Assembly: GCA_030524315.1 (NCBI GenBank) | Contig: JAUNGU010000002.1 | Coordinates: forward strand, 2,749-66,748 | Length of the DNA: 64,000 nucleotides | Source: Peptococcaceae bacterium | GTDB lineage: Bacteria; Bacillota; Peptococcia; Peptococcales; Peptococcaceae | Direction: 5' to 3' | Shown: positions 18,514-28,500 of the stretch, in pieces | How positions within the stretch are numbered: position 1 is the stretch's first letter | How the letters are laid out: each line of letters opens with the position of its first letter | The notes under the pieces: generated by a model | Seen by the model: only the letters and a program-made list of their open reading frames with translations | Database searches by the model: none | What the model was told of the DNA's origin: nothing | Program-made: the position numbers and the translations under genes

Positions 18514-19533
18514 ATGAAAATGAAAAAATGGCTCGCCGGGGCGCTTCTCGGCAGTATGGTTGTACTTGCAGGCTGTGGCGGCGGTAACGCCGATTCGGCA
18601 GGTGGCAGCGCGGCGTCTGAGGCAGATGCTGATGCGCTCCAGGTAGGGATTGTGCAGCTTGCAGACCACGAGGCGCTGGATCGCGCGCGTGAGGGCTTTG
18701 AGGACGGACTTACGGATGCCGGTTACACCATCGGCAAGGACGTGGTCATCGATTTCCAAAACGCGCAGGGCGATCAGTCCAATCTCGATACGATTACCAA
18801 GCAATTTGCCAGTGACAAGAAGGATTTGGTTTGCGCCATTGCCACCCAGGCGGCGGTGCAAATGGCCAGCGCCAGCTCTGAGATTCCGATTGTCGGCACG
18901 GCCATCACCGATTATGTGGCAGCCAACCTTGCCAAATCTGACGAGGAGCCGGGGGGCAATGTCACCGGCACCAGCGATATGAATCCAATCGACGACCAGG
19001 TGGCGCTGATGCAAAAGCTCCTGCCGGACATTAAAACCGTCGGCATCATCTACAGCTCCTCGGAGGAAAACTCCCGCATTCAGGCAGAGCTCTTCAAGAA
19101 AAGCTGTGACGCTGCGGGTATCGACGTCGAGGAAATGACCATTTCCAATGTCAACGAAATCCAGCAGGCGGCCACGAGCCTCATTGGCGAGGACATTCAG
19201 GCGGTTTACGTGCCAACGGATAATTTGCTTGCTTCGGCGATGACGACCCTGACAGGTGTCACCGACGAAAAGCAGATTCCGGTATTCGGCGGCGAAATCG
19301 CACATCTGTCGGGCGGCGCACTGGCGACAGTGAGCGTCGATTACTACGAGCTCGGCAAGCAGACAGGTACCATGGCCGCAGAGATTCTCAAGGAGGAAGC
19401 GCAGCCAGCCACCATGCCAATTGAAATGCCGGAGACGACCACTACAGCCATCAACAGTGCAGCGGTCGAAAAGCTGGGCATCACCGTGCCGGATGATCTC
19501 GCAGAATATGAGAAGGATTACTCGGCAGAATAA
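18514..19533 (+). CDS. ABC transporter substrate-binding lipoprotein (BMP/ABC_sub_bind family)
   Basis: Lipobox LAGC. VGIVQLADHEALDRAREGFEDGL pattern. GGAGGA RBS. Confidence 0.9.
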   Translation: MKMKKWLAGALLGSMVVLAGCGGGNADSAGGSAASEADADALQVGIVQLADHEALDRAREGFEDGLTDAGYTIGKDVVIDFQNAQGDQSNLDTITKQFASDKKDLVCAIATQAAVQMASASSEIPIVGTAITDYVAANLAKSDEEPGGNVTGTSDMNPIDDQVALMQKLLPDIKTVGIIYSSSEENSRIQAELFKKSCDAAGIDVEEMTISNVNEIQQAATSLIGEDIQAVYVPTDNLLASAMTTLTGVTDEKQIPVFGGEIAHLSGGALATVSVDYYELGKQTGTMAAEILKEEAQPATMPIEMPETTTTAINSAAVEKLGITVPDDLAEYEKDYSAE

Positions 19534-19555
19534 ACAAATCGCGACAAATCATATA

Positions 19556-19590
19556 ACGAAGGGCTTGAAAGAGAGTCCTTCGTTTTGTTT
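19556..19590 (+). terminator. intra-operon terminator/attenuator after the ABC binding-protein gene
   Basis: ACGAAGG...CCTTCGT stem followed by TTTTGTTTGTTT. Confidence 0.55.
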
Positions 19591-19646
19591 GTTTATTCCG
19601 AAAATAAGGATTTGCTTTGAAGATGTGGGCGAACGCCGTGCGAGTG

Positions 19647-19655
19647 TGGTATAAT
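19647..19655 (+). promoter_or_regulatory. extended -10 element TGgTATAAT upstream of the ABC permease gene
   Basis: Located after the terminator that follows the binding-protein gene and about 55 nt upstream of the ATG at 19709. Confidence 0.45.
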
Positions 19656-19708
19656 AGCTCGTAGGTGTTTTGCGGCATCTTATGGTTTTGTATAAGATGG
19701 AGGACATT

Positions 19709-20584
19709 ATGGAACTCGTATTATCCACTGTCGCGCAGGGGCTCCTGTGGGCAGTGCTCGCAATTGGTCTGTTCATCACCTTCCGTATTTTGGATGTGGC
19801 GGATCTGACCATCGAAGGCACCTATCCCCTCGGTGCGGCCATCGCTGTGATGACCATCAGCGGCGGCCAGTCACCCTTGTTGGCCATTTGCTTTGCCTTT
19901 CTCGGCGGCTGTGTCGCCGGGGCAGTCACCGGATTTTTGCACACCAAGCTCAAGATTCCAGCGCTTCTTGCCGGGATTTTGACAATGATCGGGCTCTATT
20001 CGGTGAATCTGCGCATCATGGGCAAGGCGACGGTGTCGATTCTCGGTCAAAACACGGTCTACAGCTTTTTTGAGGAAAGCATGACCAAGGTTATGGCGAC
20101 CTTTACCGTCGGGCTCATTGTTACGGTGCTGGTGTGGTTTTTCTGCTACATCTTTTTTGGCACCGAGCTTGGCGCGGCGATTCGTGCCACTGGCGACAAT
20201 CCGCAAATGATTCGCGCCCAGGGCATCAACACGGACGTGACCATCATCCTCGGGCTCATTCTCTCCAATGGCTTTGTGGCCATTACCGGAGCGCTCTTGG
20301 CCCAATCCAACGGCTATGCAGACGTCGGCATGGGCACCGGGACCATTGTCACGGGTCTGGCGTCGGTGATCATCGGCGAGGTCATCTTTGGCACACGCAG
20401 CTTCAAAAATTGGCTGATCAGTGTCGTCCTCGGCTCGATTGTTTATCGCGGCGTGGTGGCCTTTGTGCTCTGGCTCGGCATGAATCCAAACGACCTCAAG
20501 CTTCTCACGGCCATCATTGTGGCAGTGGCGTTGGCCCTGCCGCTCTTGAAGTCGCGTGTACAAAAGCTGCGTGCCAAGGTATGA
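19709..20584 (+). CDS. ABC transporter permease
   Basis: TM-rich protein that partners the BMP-family binding protein. ATG at 19709 follows GGAGGA. Confidence 0.9.
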   Translation: MELVLSTVAQGLLWAVLAIGLFITFRILDVADLTIEGTYPLGAAIAVMTISGGQSPLLAICFAFLGGCVAGAVTGFLHTKLKIPALLAGILTMIGLYSVNLRIMGKATVSILGQNTVYSFFEESMTKVMATFTVGLIVTVLVWFFCYIFFGTELGAAIRATGDNPQMIRAQGINTDVTIILGLILSNGFVAITGALLAQSNGYADVGMGTGTIVTGLASVIIGEVIFGTRSFKNWLISVVLGSIVYRGVVAFVLWLGMNPNDLKLLTAIIVAVALALPLLKSRVQKLRAKV

Positions 20585-20597
20585 GGAGGATTGCGCC

Positions 20598-21398
20598 ATG
20601 CATATGATCGAAATCAACGCCATTGAAAAAACCTTTAACCCGGGCAGCGTCAACCAAAAGCGCGCCCTAAACGGCCTGAGCCTGCAGTTGGACGAGGGCG
20701 ATTTTGTCACCGTCATCGGTGGCAACGGCGCCGGCAAATCCACCATGCTCAATGCCATTGCCGGGGTTTTTCCTGTTGACAAAGGTGAAATATTTATTAA
20801 CAATATCAATGTAACCAAGCTTCCTGAACACAAGCGCGCTGCCTATATTGGCCGCGTTTTCCAGGATCCAATGATGGGCACCTGTGCGCACATGCAAATC
20901 GAAGAAAATCTCTCGATGGCATCGCGCCGTGGGCAGCGTCCAGGCCTGCGCTGGAGCGCCCGCGCCAAGGACCGCGAATTTTTCAAAAAACGCCTGTCCA
21001 TCCTGGGCCTGGGCCTGGAGGAGCGCCTGACCGATCGCGTCGGGCTGCTCAGCGGCGGCCAGCGCCAGGCGCTGACGCTCCTTATGGCGACGCTCAAGCG
21101 GCCGGACGTGCTCCTATTGGATGAGCACACGGCGGCCCTCGATCCAAAAACCGCCGCCAAGGTGCTCGAAATCACTGACCAAATCGTCCAAGAGAACAAT
21201 CTCACCACCATCATGATCACCCACAATATGCGCGACGCCATTGCCCATGGCAATCGGCTGGTGATGCTTGATAGCGGACGCGTGGCGGTGGACATCAAAA
21301 AAGCGGATTATCCAAATCTGTCCGTTCAGGATCTACTAAAAATGTTTGAGAAGGCAAGCGGTGACGCCATTCTTAGCGACGGCCTGCTCCTTTCTTAA
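20598..21398 (+). CDS. ABC transporter ATP-binding protein
   Basis: GGNGAGKST Walker A, LSGGQRQ signature and LLLDEHTAALD Walker B. ATG at 20598 follows GAGGAGG. Confidence 0.9.
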   Translation: MHMIEINAIEKTFNPGSVNQKRALNGLSLQLDEGDFVTVIGGNGAGKSTMLNAIAGVFPVDKGEIFINNINVTKLPEHKRAAYIGRVFQDPMMGTCAHMQIEENLSMASRRGQRPGLRWSARAKDREFFKKRLSILGLGLEERLTDRVGLLSGGQRQALTLLMATLKRPDVLLLDEHTAALDPKTAAKVLEITDQIVQENNLTTIMITHNMRDAIAHGNRLVMLDSGRVAVDIKKADYPNLSVQDLLKMFEKASGDAILSDGLLLS

Positions 21399-21427
21399 TA
21401 AAAATTCTTATGAGGTGAAGAAAAGAA

Positions 21428-22630
21428 ATGATCGTATTAGTCATGAACAGTGGGAGTTCTTCCCTGAAGTTCCAGCTCATCAACATGGACAATGGCGAAG
21501 TCATGTCCAAGGGTCTTGTAGAACGCATTGGCCTCGGCGGCGTTGCCGGCTTTGAAGTAAAGGCCAAGGGCGAAAAAATCAAAAAGGATGTTACTGCAGA
21601 CAACCACAAGCAGGCAGTGGCACTCGTCGTTGACGCACTCACCAAGGGTGACTTGGCCGTTGTTGACGACTTCAGCATGATCGATGCCATCGGCCATCGT
21701 GTTGTGCAGGGTGGTGATTCCTTCCCTAAGGCAGCGGTTGTTGACCAGCGCGTCAAGGACCTCGTCAAGGGCTACGGCGTCATGGCACCTCTCCACAACT
21801 ATGCAGCTCTCGCCGGCATCGAAGCCTGCGAAGAAAACATGCCTGGGATTCCATCGGTGTGCGTATTTGATACCTCTTACCACATGACCATGGACCCAGC
21901 ACACTACATGTATGCCATTCCATACGAAGATTACGAAAATCTAAAGGTGCGTCGTTACGGCGCCCACGGCACCAGCCACAAATACGTTGCTCGCGAAGCA
22001 GCCAAGGCCCTGGGCCGTCCAATCGAAGAACTCAAGATCATCACCTGCCATCTTGGCAACGGTGCCAGCATCTCTGCCATCAACGGCGGCAAGATTGTTG
22101 ACACCTCCATGGGCTTCACCCCTCTCGAAGGGCTCGTCATGGGGACCCGTACCGGTGATATCGACCCAGCAGCCGTGCTCTACATCATGAAGCACAAAGG
22201 TCTGTCCCCAGATGAAATGGACACCTACGTCAACAAGCAGTCCGGCCTCCTCGGCGTCAGCGGCCTCTCCAACGACTTCCGCGACATCGAAGGTGCCATG
22301 GACGAAGGCAATGAACGCGCTCAGCTCGCTTACGACATGTTCGTTCTCCGCGCCAAGAAATACATCGGCGCTTACTACGCAGAGCTCAACGGCTGCGACG
22401 CCATCGTCTTCACCGCTGGTATCGGCGAAAACGACGACCGCGTCCGCGCTTCCATCTGCGCCGACTTTGACGCCCTCGGCATCAAGCTCGACCCAGCCAA
22501 GAACGACGGCTGCCGCGAATTCCGCGATGTCAGCACCGACGATTCCAAGGCACGCGTCCTCGTTATTCCAACCAACGAAGAATACGCCATCGCTTCCGAA
22601 ACCGTCGAAGCCATCGCCGAAGCAAAATAA
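21428..22630 (+). CDS. ackA: acetate kinase
   Basis: MNSGSSSLKFQL N-terminus and full-length acetate kinase similarity (HRVVQGG, GAHGTSH, TCHLGNGASI). Confidence 0.97.
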   Translation: MIVLVMNSGSSSLKFQLINMDNGEVMSKGLVERIGLGGVAGFEVKAKGEKIKKDVTADNHKQAVALVVDALTKGDLAVVDDFSMIDAIGHRVVQGGDSFPKAAVVDQRVKDLVKGYGVMAPLHNYAALAGIEACEENMPGIPSVCVFDTSYHMTMDPAHYMYAIPYEDYENLKVRRYGAHGTSHKYVAREAAKALGRPIEELKIITCHLGNGASISAINGGKIVDTSMGFTPLEGLVMGTRTGDIDPAAVLYIMKHKGLSPDEMDTYVNKQSGLLGVSGLSNDFRDIEGAMDEGNERAQLAYDMFVLRAKKYIGAYYAELNGCDAIVFTAGIGENDDRVRASICADFDALGIKLDPAKNDGCREFRDVSTDDSKARVLVIPTNEEYAIASETVEAIAEAK

Positions 22631-22640
22631 TTGCATCCAT

Positions 22641-22679
22641 AAAAAATCTCCGCCCGTGCGCACGAGCGGAGATTTTTTT
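22641..22679 (+). terminator. intrinsic terminator after ackA
   Basis: ATCTCCGC...GCGGAGAT stem flanked by A6 and T7. Confidence 0.8.
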
Positions 22680-22686
22680 GCAAGGA

Positions 22687-22728
22687 AAAGGCACGGTCCA
22701 AAGAGGGCCGTGCCTTTGTTTTTTATTT
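22687..22728. terminator. second hairpin terminator (ackA / MFS convergent)
   Basis: AAAGGCACGG...CCGTGCCTTT stem followed by GTTTTTT. Confidence 0.7.
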
Positions 22729-24129
22729 GGCAGCTTTTTCGCTACGCAGGGCTTTGATGATGCAGAGGTACATGAGGATCGACAGACCAAAGAGCAGGTA
22801 GAGGGTCCACTGGGTGCCGGTGGCGGTGCCCAGGGCGATGTCGTTTGGATGCGAGGCCTGGCCGAGGGCGACGATGGTCGAGCCGACGGCGGTACCGATG
22901 GCACCAAAGAGCTGCTGCAGGGTGTTGATGACGGCGGTGCCGTCGGCGTAGCGTTCCGGTGGCAGGCTGCGCAGGGCCAGCGTTGTGGAATTGCCGAAGG
23001 TGAAGCTCTGGCCGAGGCAGAAGATGACAGCGATGGCCATCATGATTTTGTAATCGACGTGCACCATAAAGAGCATCTCAAGGAGCAGATTGAGGACGAT
23101 CATCGTTGCCCCAAAGAGGATAGGCACCCGCGCGCCCAAGGTGTCAAAGAGGCGGCCGCTGAAGGGGTTGAGCACGGCGCCGATGATGCAGGCTGGCAGC
23201 ACAATGATCCCGGCGATGAAGGTCGAGACGCCGCCAGAAAGCTGGAAAAGGTTTGGAATCATAAAGCCGCGGGCCAGCGTGAAAAATTGAATCAAGAGAA
23301 TGGCGATCAGGCAAAAGCTGTAGCGCGCATTTTTGAGAATCGAGAGATTGAGCAGCGGGCGCTGGCGACCATCGCAATGCTTGACAAAGGCTGCCAAAAG
23401 GGCGACGGCGACAATGAGGAGCACCCAGATGATTGGGCTGGTGAGCCCCAGGTGGCTGATGTTGCTGAGGGCATAGATCAGGCTGATAAAGCAGAGGGCG
23501 ATGAGCAGGAAGCCCTTGAGATCGAAGGGCTCCTTTTCGATGGCCGAGGATTGGCGGATGCAGGTGAGCCCGCCGAGGCCGGAGATAATGAGAAACGGCA
23601 TGAGGCAGAGGAAAATTTCTCGCCAGCCGGCAATGCTCACAATAAAGCCGCCGAGGGATGGCCCCACAGCAGGCCCCAGGGCGATGGTCAGCGAGGCAAA
23701 GCCCATGATCATGCCCGTGTTTTTGCGAGGCACCTGCTCGATGATGATGTTAAACATCAATGGCAGGGTCATACCGGTGCCAATCCCCTGGAGAATACGG
23801 GCGATGATCAGCACCAAAAACGATGGCGACCACATGCCCAAGAGGGTGCCGACAATGAAGATGGCGACGGCAGCACCAAAGAGGGTCTTGGTGCGGAAGC
23901 ATTTTTTCAGCCAGGAAGATGTTGGGATAATAATTGCTAGCATCAAGAGATTGATGGTGGTGACCCACTGAACGGTGGACGTGGGAATGTTGTACTCGTT
24001 CATCAGGGTCGGGAAAATAACATTCATGGCTGTTTCGGCGCAGATCCCGGTAAAGGACATGAGACCGGCGGAAATAATAGAAATAATCAGGCGGGCGTCG
24101 AGCTTGCGCTCAAATTCATTTGGATTCAT
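22723..24129 (-). CDS. MFS transporter (14-TM drug:H+ antiporter-like)
   Basis: TM-rich ORF downstream of MarR. Start is either ATG at 24129 or TTG at 24141, which overlaps the marR stop. Confidence 0.85.
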   Translation of the reverse strand: MNPNEFERKLDARLIISIISAGLMSFTGICAETAMNVIFPTLMNEYNIPTSTVQWVTTINLLMLAIIIPTSSWLKKCFRTKTLFGAAVAIFIVGTLLGMWSPSFLVLIIARILQGIGTGMTLPLMFNIIIEQVPRKNTGMIMGFASLTIALGPAVGPSLGGFIVSIAGWREIFLCLMPFLIISGLGGLTCIRQSSAIEKEPFDLKGFLLIALCFISLIYALSNISHLGLTSPIIWVLLIVAVALLAAFVKHCDGRQRPLLNLSILKNARYSFCLIAILLIQFFTLARGFMIPNLFQLSGGVSTFIAGIIVLPACIIGAVLNPFSGRLFDTLGARVPILFGATMIVLNLLLEMLFMVHVDYKIMMAIAVIFCLGQSFTFGNSTTLALRSLPPERYADGTAVINTLQQLFGAIGTAVGSTIVALGQASHPNDIALGTATGTQWTLYLLFGLSILMYLCIIKALRSEKAAK

Positions 24130-24137
24130 GGTTGATA

Positions 24138-24596
24138 TCAAACCTCCTCGTTGGTTAAAAATGTGTGGTTTTTGAGCAGGGCCTCGGCGCGGGTAAAGAC
24201 GTCGATGGCCGTGCGCATTTCCTCCTCGGTAATACCGGATAGAAGCGCCGAGAGCTCCTTGTGAAATCCGGCAACGTGGCGTTTGTAGAGGGCTTCGCCG
24301 TAGTCGGTCAGGCAGAGGCTCGAGGAGCGCTTGTCGTGGGCGTCGGGCACCTTGGTGAGGGCGCCGTGGGCTTCTAGCTCCGAGACCATGCGCGTGATGC
24401 TGGGCATGGTATTATCCAGCCGCTTGGCAATGTCGCTGGTGCGCACCGTGGGCTGGATGTCCTGTACCTGGTGGATGGCGTCAAGAATAAAGACCTGGCG
24501 CGGCGTCATCCAATCGGGCAGGGGCGGCAAATATTTGATGATGCGCTTGGCGGCATGACAGGTGTCGAGAAATTCTCGTGTCAAGGTTGCATTCAT
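24138..24596 (-). CDS. MarR family transcriptional regulator
   Basis: Winged-helix region SDIAKRLDNTMPSITRMVSELEAHGALTKVPDAHDKRSS. GAGGAGA RBS. Confidence 0.9.
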   Translation of the reverse strand: MNATLTREFLDTCHAAKRIIKYLPPLPDWMTPRQVFILDAIHQVQDIQPTVRTSDIAKRLDNTMPSITRMVSELEAHGALTKVPDAHDKRSSSLCLTDYGEALYKRHVAGFHKELSALLSGITEEEMRTAIDVFTRAEALLKNHTFLTNEEV

Positions 24597-24617
24597 ACCA
24601 TCTCTCCTCTCGATTTC

Positions 24618-24647
24618 ATTTACCGAAGGTAATTACCAAAGGTAAAT
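24618..24647. promoter_or_regulatory. tandem palindromes TTACC-GAA-GGTAA / TTACC-AAA-GGTAA, probable MarR operator
   Basis: ATTTACCGAAGGTAATTACCAAAGGTAAAT begins 22 nt upstream of the marR start codon. Confidence 0.55.
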
Positions 24648-24669
24648 TTATTTTAGTGAGTGCGCAGAA

Positions 24670-24748
24670 AATTGTCAAGGCGCAAAAAGATTGTCACAAG
24701 AGCAAAAATCTTTTTGCAACTTTGCGCCGTGACAATTCGTGGTATACT
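24670..24748. promoter_or_regulatory. 17-nt inverted repeat with nested 10-nt inverted repeat, abutting the extended -10 of the flavin reductase gene
   Basis: AATTGTCAAGGCGCAAA (24670-24686) pairs with TTTGCGCCGTGACAATT (24721-24737), 16 of 17 complementary. Inner pair GCAAAAAGAT / ATCTTTTTGC. TGgTATACT at 24740-24748. Confidence 0.5.
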
Positions 24749-24781
24749 AACGGTAGAAAATTTGTTAGGAGCTGATCATTT

Positions 24782-25342
24782 ATGAGAAAAGATTTTGGCG
24801 TCAAGCCAAGTGTGTATCCAGAGCCAGTGTTCATCCTCGCTGCCTATGACGAAGATGGCACGCCACAAGCCATGAACGCTGCCTGGGGCGGCATCCGCGC
24901 CGCCAACCAAATTGCCCTGTGCGTCAATCCCGGCCACAAAACCGTCAAGGCCCTCTTGGCCAGCGGCGCCTTTACCGTGAGCATGGGCCAGGCCGATCAA
25001 GCGGTGGCCTGCGATTACGTGGGCTCTGTCAGCGGCAACAACGAGCCAGACAAATTTGCCAAATCCGGCTTCCACGCCACCAAGAGCGGCGTCGTCAACG
25101 CGCCCCTCATTGACGAGCTGAGCTACGCCCTCGAATGCACCGTCGCCAGCTACGACGAACCGAGCCACGTCCTCATCGGCGAAATCAAAAACATCAGCGT
25201 CGACGAGCGCGTCCTCGATGCCGAGGGCAAGGTCGACGTCGACAAGCTCGCGCCAATCACCTTCGATGGCAACAACAAAAAATACTATCGCCTCGGCGAA
25301 TGCGTCGGCGATGCCTGGAGCATCGGCAAAAGCCTGAAATAA
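24782..25342 (+). CDS. flavin reductase-like (flavoredoxin) FMN-binding split-barrel protein
   Basis: PVFILAAYDEDGTPQAMNAAWGG and GEIKNISVDERVLD pattern. Divergent from marR. Confidence 0.8.
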   Translation: MRKDFGVKPSVYPEPVFILAAYDEDGTPQAMNAAWGGIRAANQIALCVNPGHKTVKALLASGAFTVSMGQADQAVACDYVGSVSGNNEPDKFAKSGFHATKSGVVNAPLIDELSYALECTVASYDEPSHVLIGEIKNISVDERVLDAEGKVDVDKLAPITFDGNNKKYYRLGECVGDAWSIGKSLK

Positions 25343-25351
25343 GCCAGGGCA

Positions 25352-25385
25352 CAAAAAAGAGCACCCAGCGCGGGTGCTCTTTTTG
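25352..25385. terminator. bidirectional terminator (flavin reductase / SNF2 unit convergent)
   Basis: AGAGCACCC...GGGTGCTCT stem flanked by A6 and T5. Confidence 0.8.
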
Positions 25386-25400
25386 GTTGCTAAGGAAAGA

Positions 25401-25541
25401 CTATTCGTCCTTGATGCAGGCAAAAAGGGCGTCATCATCGACGTTGGCCTTGGCATCGGTGTTGTCTGGATTGGCGGCTGTTTCTGTCTGCTGGATGTTT
25501 TTCGCTTCATCCTGATGGGTGGATTTTTTTGGGGTGGTCAT
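25401..25541 (-). CDS. candidate small acidic ORF (46 aa)
   Basis: MTTPKKSTHQDEAKNIQQTETAANPDNTDAKANVDDDALFACIKDE. AAAGGAGG lies 7 nt upstream of the ATG. Sits 25 nt downstream of the SNF2 gene stop and before the terminator at 25352-25385. Confidence 0.35.
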   Translation of the reverse strand: MTTPKKSTHQDEAKNIQQTETAANPDNTDAKANVDDDALFACIKDE

Positions 25542-25566
25542 GGTATCGCCTCCTTTGTAAGGTGGG

Positions 25567-28500
25567 TTATTGCTTGTCTTCTATCGTGTAAGGCGCGCGG
25601 GTTGGTCGTGGCGCCGGGGCAAGCATTGGGTCGTCGGTGTAATCGAGGGCAAAGAGATCGTGGAGATCGTCCATGGTGAGCTTGGAGATGACGCCCTCGT
25701 CAGAGGTGATGACGGCGTCAGAGAGGGCCTGCTTTTTCTCCTTGAGCTTGAGAATTTTTTCCTCGATGGTGTCCTTGGTGATGAGTCGGATGACGTGGAC
25801 GCTTTTTTTCTGGCCGATGCGGTGGGTACGGTCGGTGGCCTGGTTTTCGACGCTCTGGTTCCACCATGGGTCAAAATGGATGACCGTGTCGGCGCTGGTG
25901 AGGTTGAGGCCGATGCCGCCCGCCTTGAGAGAAATGAGAAAGACGGGGATTTTTTCTTCGTTGAAGCGGTTGACGAGGGTCATGCGGTCACGGGTCGGCG
26001 TCTTACCTGTGAGGGTTAGGTATTTGATGTCGCGCTTTTCAAGCTCGGGCGCAATCATGTCAAGGACGCTCGTAAACTGGCTGAAAATGAGAATCTGGTG
26101 GCCCGCCTCGACGCGGTCCTCGGTGACCGACAGGCAGAGCTTGAGCTTGGACGACGGCTTGTTGAAGCCGTCGAGGAAGAGGGCTGGTGAGCAGCAGACC
26201 TGGCGCAGACGCATGAGCAGCGTCAGCACGCGCACCTGGGATTGGCCCGTCGGGTGGTTGGCGATTTCCTCGATGAAGGCCTTGTGGCTGAGGGCAAGCT
26301 GGGTGTGGTAGATGCGGCGCTCCTCCTCGCTGAGCTCGGCATAGAGGACGGTGTCGATTTTGTCCGGGAGCTCGGTGAGGACGTCGCTTTTGACGCGGCG
26401 CAAGACAAATGGCGCAATCTGGCGCTTGAGCTGGTCGAGGCGCGTCTTGTCCTCGTAGCGGGTGATGGGCACCTCGTAGAGATTGCGGAATTCGCGCCAG
26501 CTGTGGAGATAGCCCGGCAGACAGAAATCCATGATGCTCCAGAGATCGGCGAGGGAATTTTCGATGGGCGTGCCCGTCAGGGCAAAATGGTGGTCGCCGT
26601 GGAGGCTCTTGAGGCTCTTGGTGTTTTGGGTGTAGGAATTTTTGATGTATTGGCCCTCGTCGGAAATAATCGTGTCGAAGGTCATCGGCTCGTAGAGGGC
26701 GGCGTCGCGGCGTAGCGTGGCGTAGCTGGTGAGAAGGACGATGCCAGCGGGCACGTCGGTGAGCAGGGCCTCGCGCTCCTTGCGATTGCCGACGATGATG
26801 CGATAAGGGAGGCTCGGCGCAAAGCGCTTGAGCTCCGACTCCCAGTTGTAAATGAGGGACGTCGGCATGACGATGATCGCACGGGAGGCGGGATTTTCCT
26901 CGTAGCGATGCAGGAGGTAGGCGATGGTTTGGAGCGTCTTGCCGAGGCCCATGTCGTCGGCGAGAATGCCGCCAAAGCCGAGCTCGGCCAGATGCACGAG
27001 CCACTGATAGCCCACGAGCTGATAGCTACGCAGCGTCGCCTGCAAATCCTTGGGCACGGGGACGTCCCTGTCTGCGCCGTGGGCAATGTCGTCGGCCAGG
27101 GCGCGGAAGGCCTCGCGGCGGTCAAATGCCACCGTCGGCGCCATTTCGGCAAAGACGTCCAGGGTCAGCGCCCGGTAGAGAGGCAGCGCCACCGGCGCAT
27201 CCTCGGCGAGATTTTCCAGCGGCACATCGCAATCCTTGAGGAGCTCGCTGACGGCGCGCACCTCGGGATTAATGATGTCGATGTAGGATTCGTCGGTGAG
27301 GCGGATGTATTTTTTGCCGGCGCGGTAGGCCTTGAGCACCTCCAGGAGCACCTCGCGGCCGTAGACCTTTTCGTCAAAGCTCAGCTCGAGAATGCCGTGG
27401 GTCACCGTCGCCGACAGATGTGGCGCCTGGGCGCGGCGCGGACGCACGCGGGAGAGAGTGTTTTCGATGTCAATGTCGGCCAAGGGCATCATCTCCGGCA
27501 GGCCCTCGTGAAGGAAGGTGTAGACGTTGTCCTCACCGGCCAGAAGCCACTCGTCCTCGTTGGTGGAAAAATGGTATTTGGCCAAGAGGGCGGCAAAGGC
27601 GTTTTCCTTTTCGACGTCGCGCAAAAGATGCGGCGGAATATCACTTGCCACCAGAGGATTGAAGCGCGCCTTGCCATACTCAAACTGGAGCAGGCCGCGG
27701 ATCGTGTTGGACTGGGGATAATCAAGCCGCAGATGGATGGTCAGCGCCTCGGGCAGGTGGCTCTGGCGCAGGGACGGGTCGATCTCGAGATTCACGTAGG
27801 GCGCAATCTGCGGCGCCACCCGCGCCATGAACCGCGTCAGCTGCTCGCCGTTCAAGACAAGCGCGTTGTCGGCCGAGCGCACCGTGCGCAAGAGTGGCAG
27901 CACCAGATGCTGATAGCCCTCGCTTGGGCGCATGATGACCTTGTCGTTGTAGAGATAGGAATACTGGCTGTTGACGAGAATCTGGTAATCGTCCATGACG
28001 ACGCCCAGGAGATACTCATCGCCGGAGCGGGCGACGATTTGCACGCTCGTCTCCGGCGTCTGCGCCACCATGCGAATGCGTCCGGTGGAGCCATCCTGGC
28101 GATGGGTGTCGATTTCGCCGCCGTGCTCGGCCACATAATCAAAGAGCTGGTCGAACTGGTTGTGGCTCAGATGGAGGTAGCGGCCCACCTTTGGCAAGCG
28201 GTCCAGACTCGATTTGTTGCCGTAGCAGAGCCAGTCAAAGGCGTTGTCGATGAGGTTGAGATAAAACTGGCTTGGCTGGTCAAAATTTTCGCGGCAATGC
28301 TTGAAGGAGAGGTGCTTGCCGTAGGTGACCGTCTCGCCCTTGAGCAGGTGGTTGTGAAAATCCGAGATGCTCTTGAGAATGTAGGATTTTTTTGGCGAGG
28401 CGAGGTGAAATTCCAGGCAGAAAAATTTGCTGTAGGGGTCAAAATCCAGCGTCGGAATGAGCGACACCAAGGAGGTGCCAGCGCCGTCGCCCGTCGGTGA

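Noticed and set aside
22678-23940. 420-aa plus-strand ORF
   Set aside because: It is antisense to the MFS transporter. It is highly charged, Gly/Asp/Glu/Ala-rich and has no start context.
26908-28500. 530-aa plus-strand ORF, plus several 100-300-aa ORFs inside 25567..28926
   Set aside because: All overlap the SNF2/SWIM helicase gene, which has the full helicase motif set on the minus strand.
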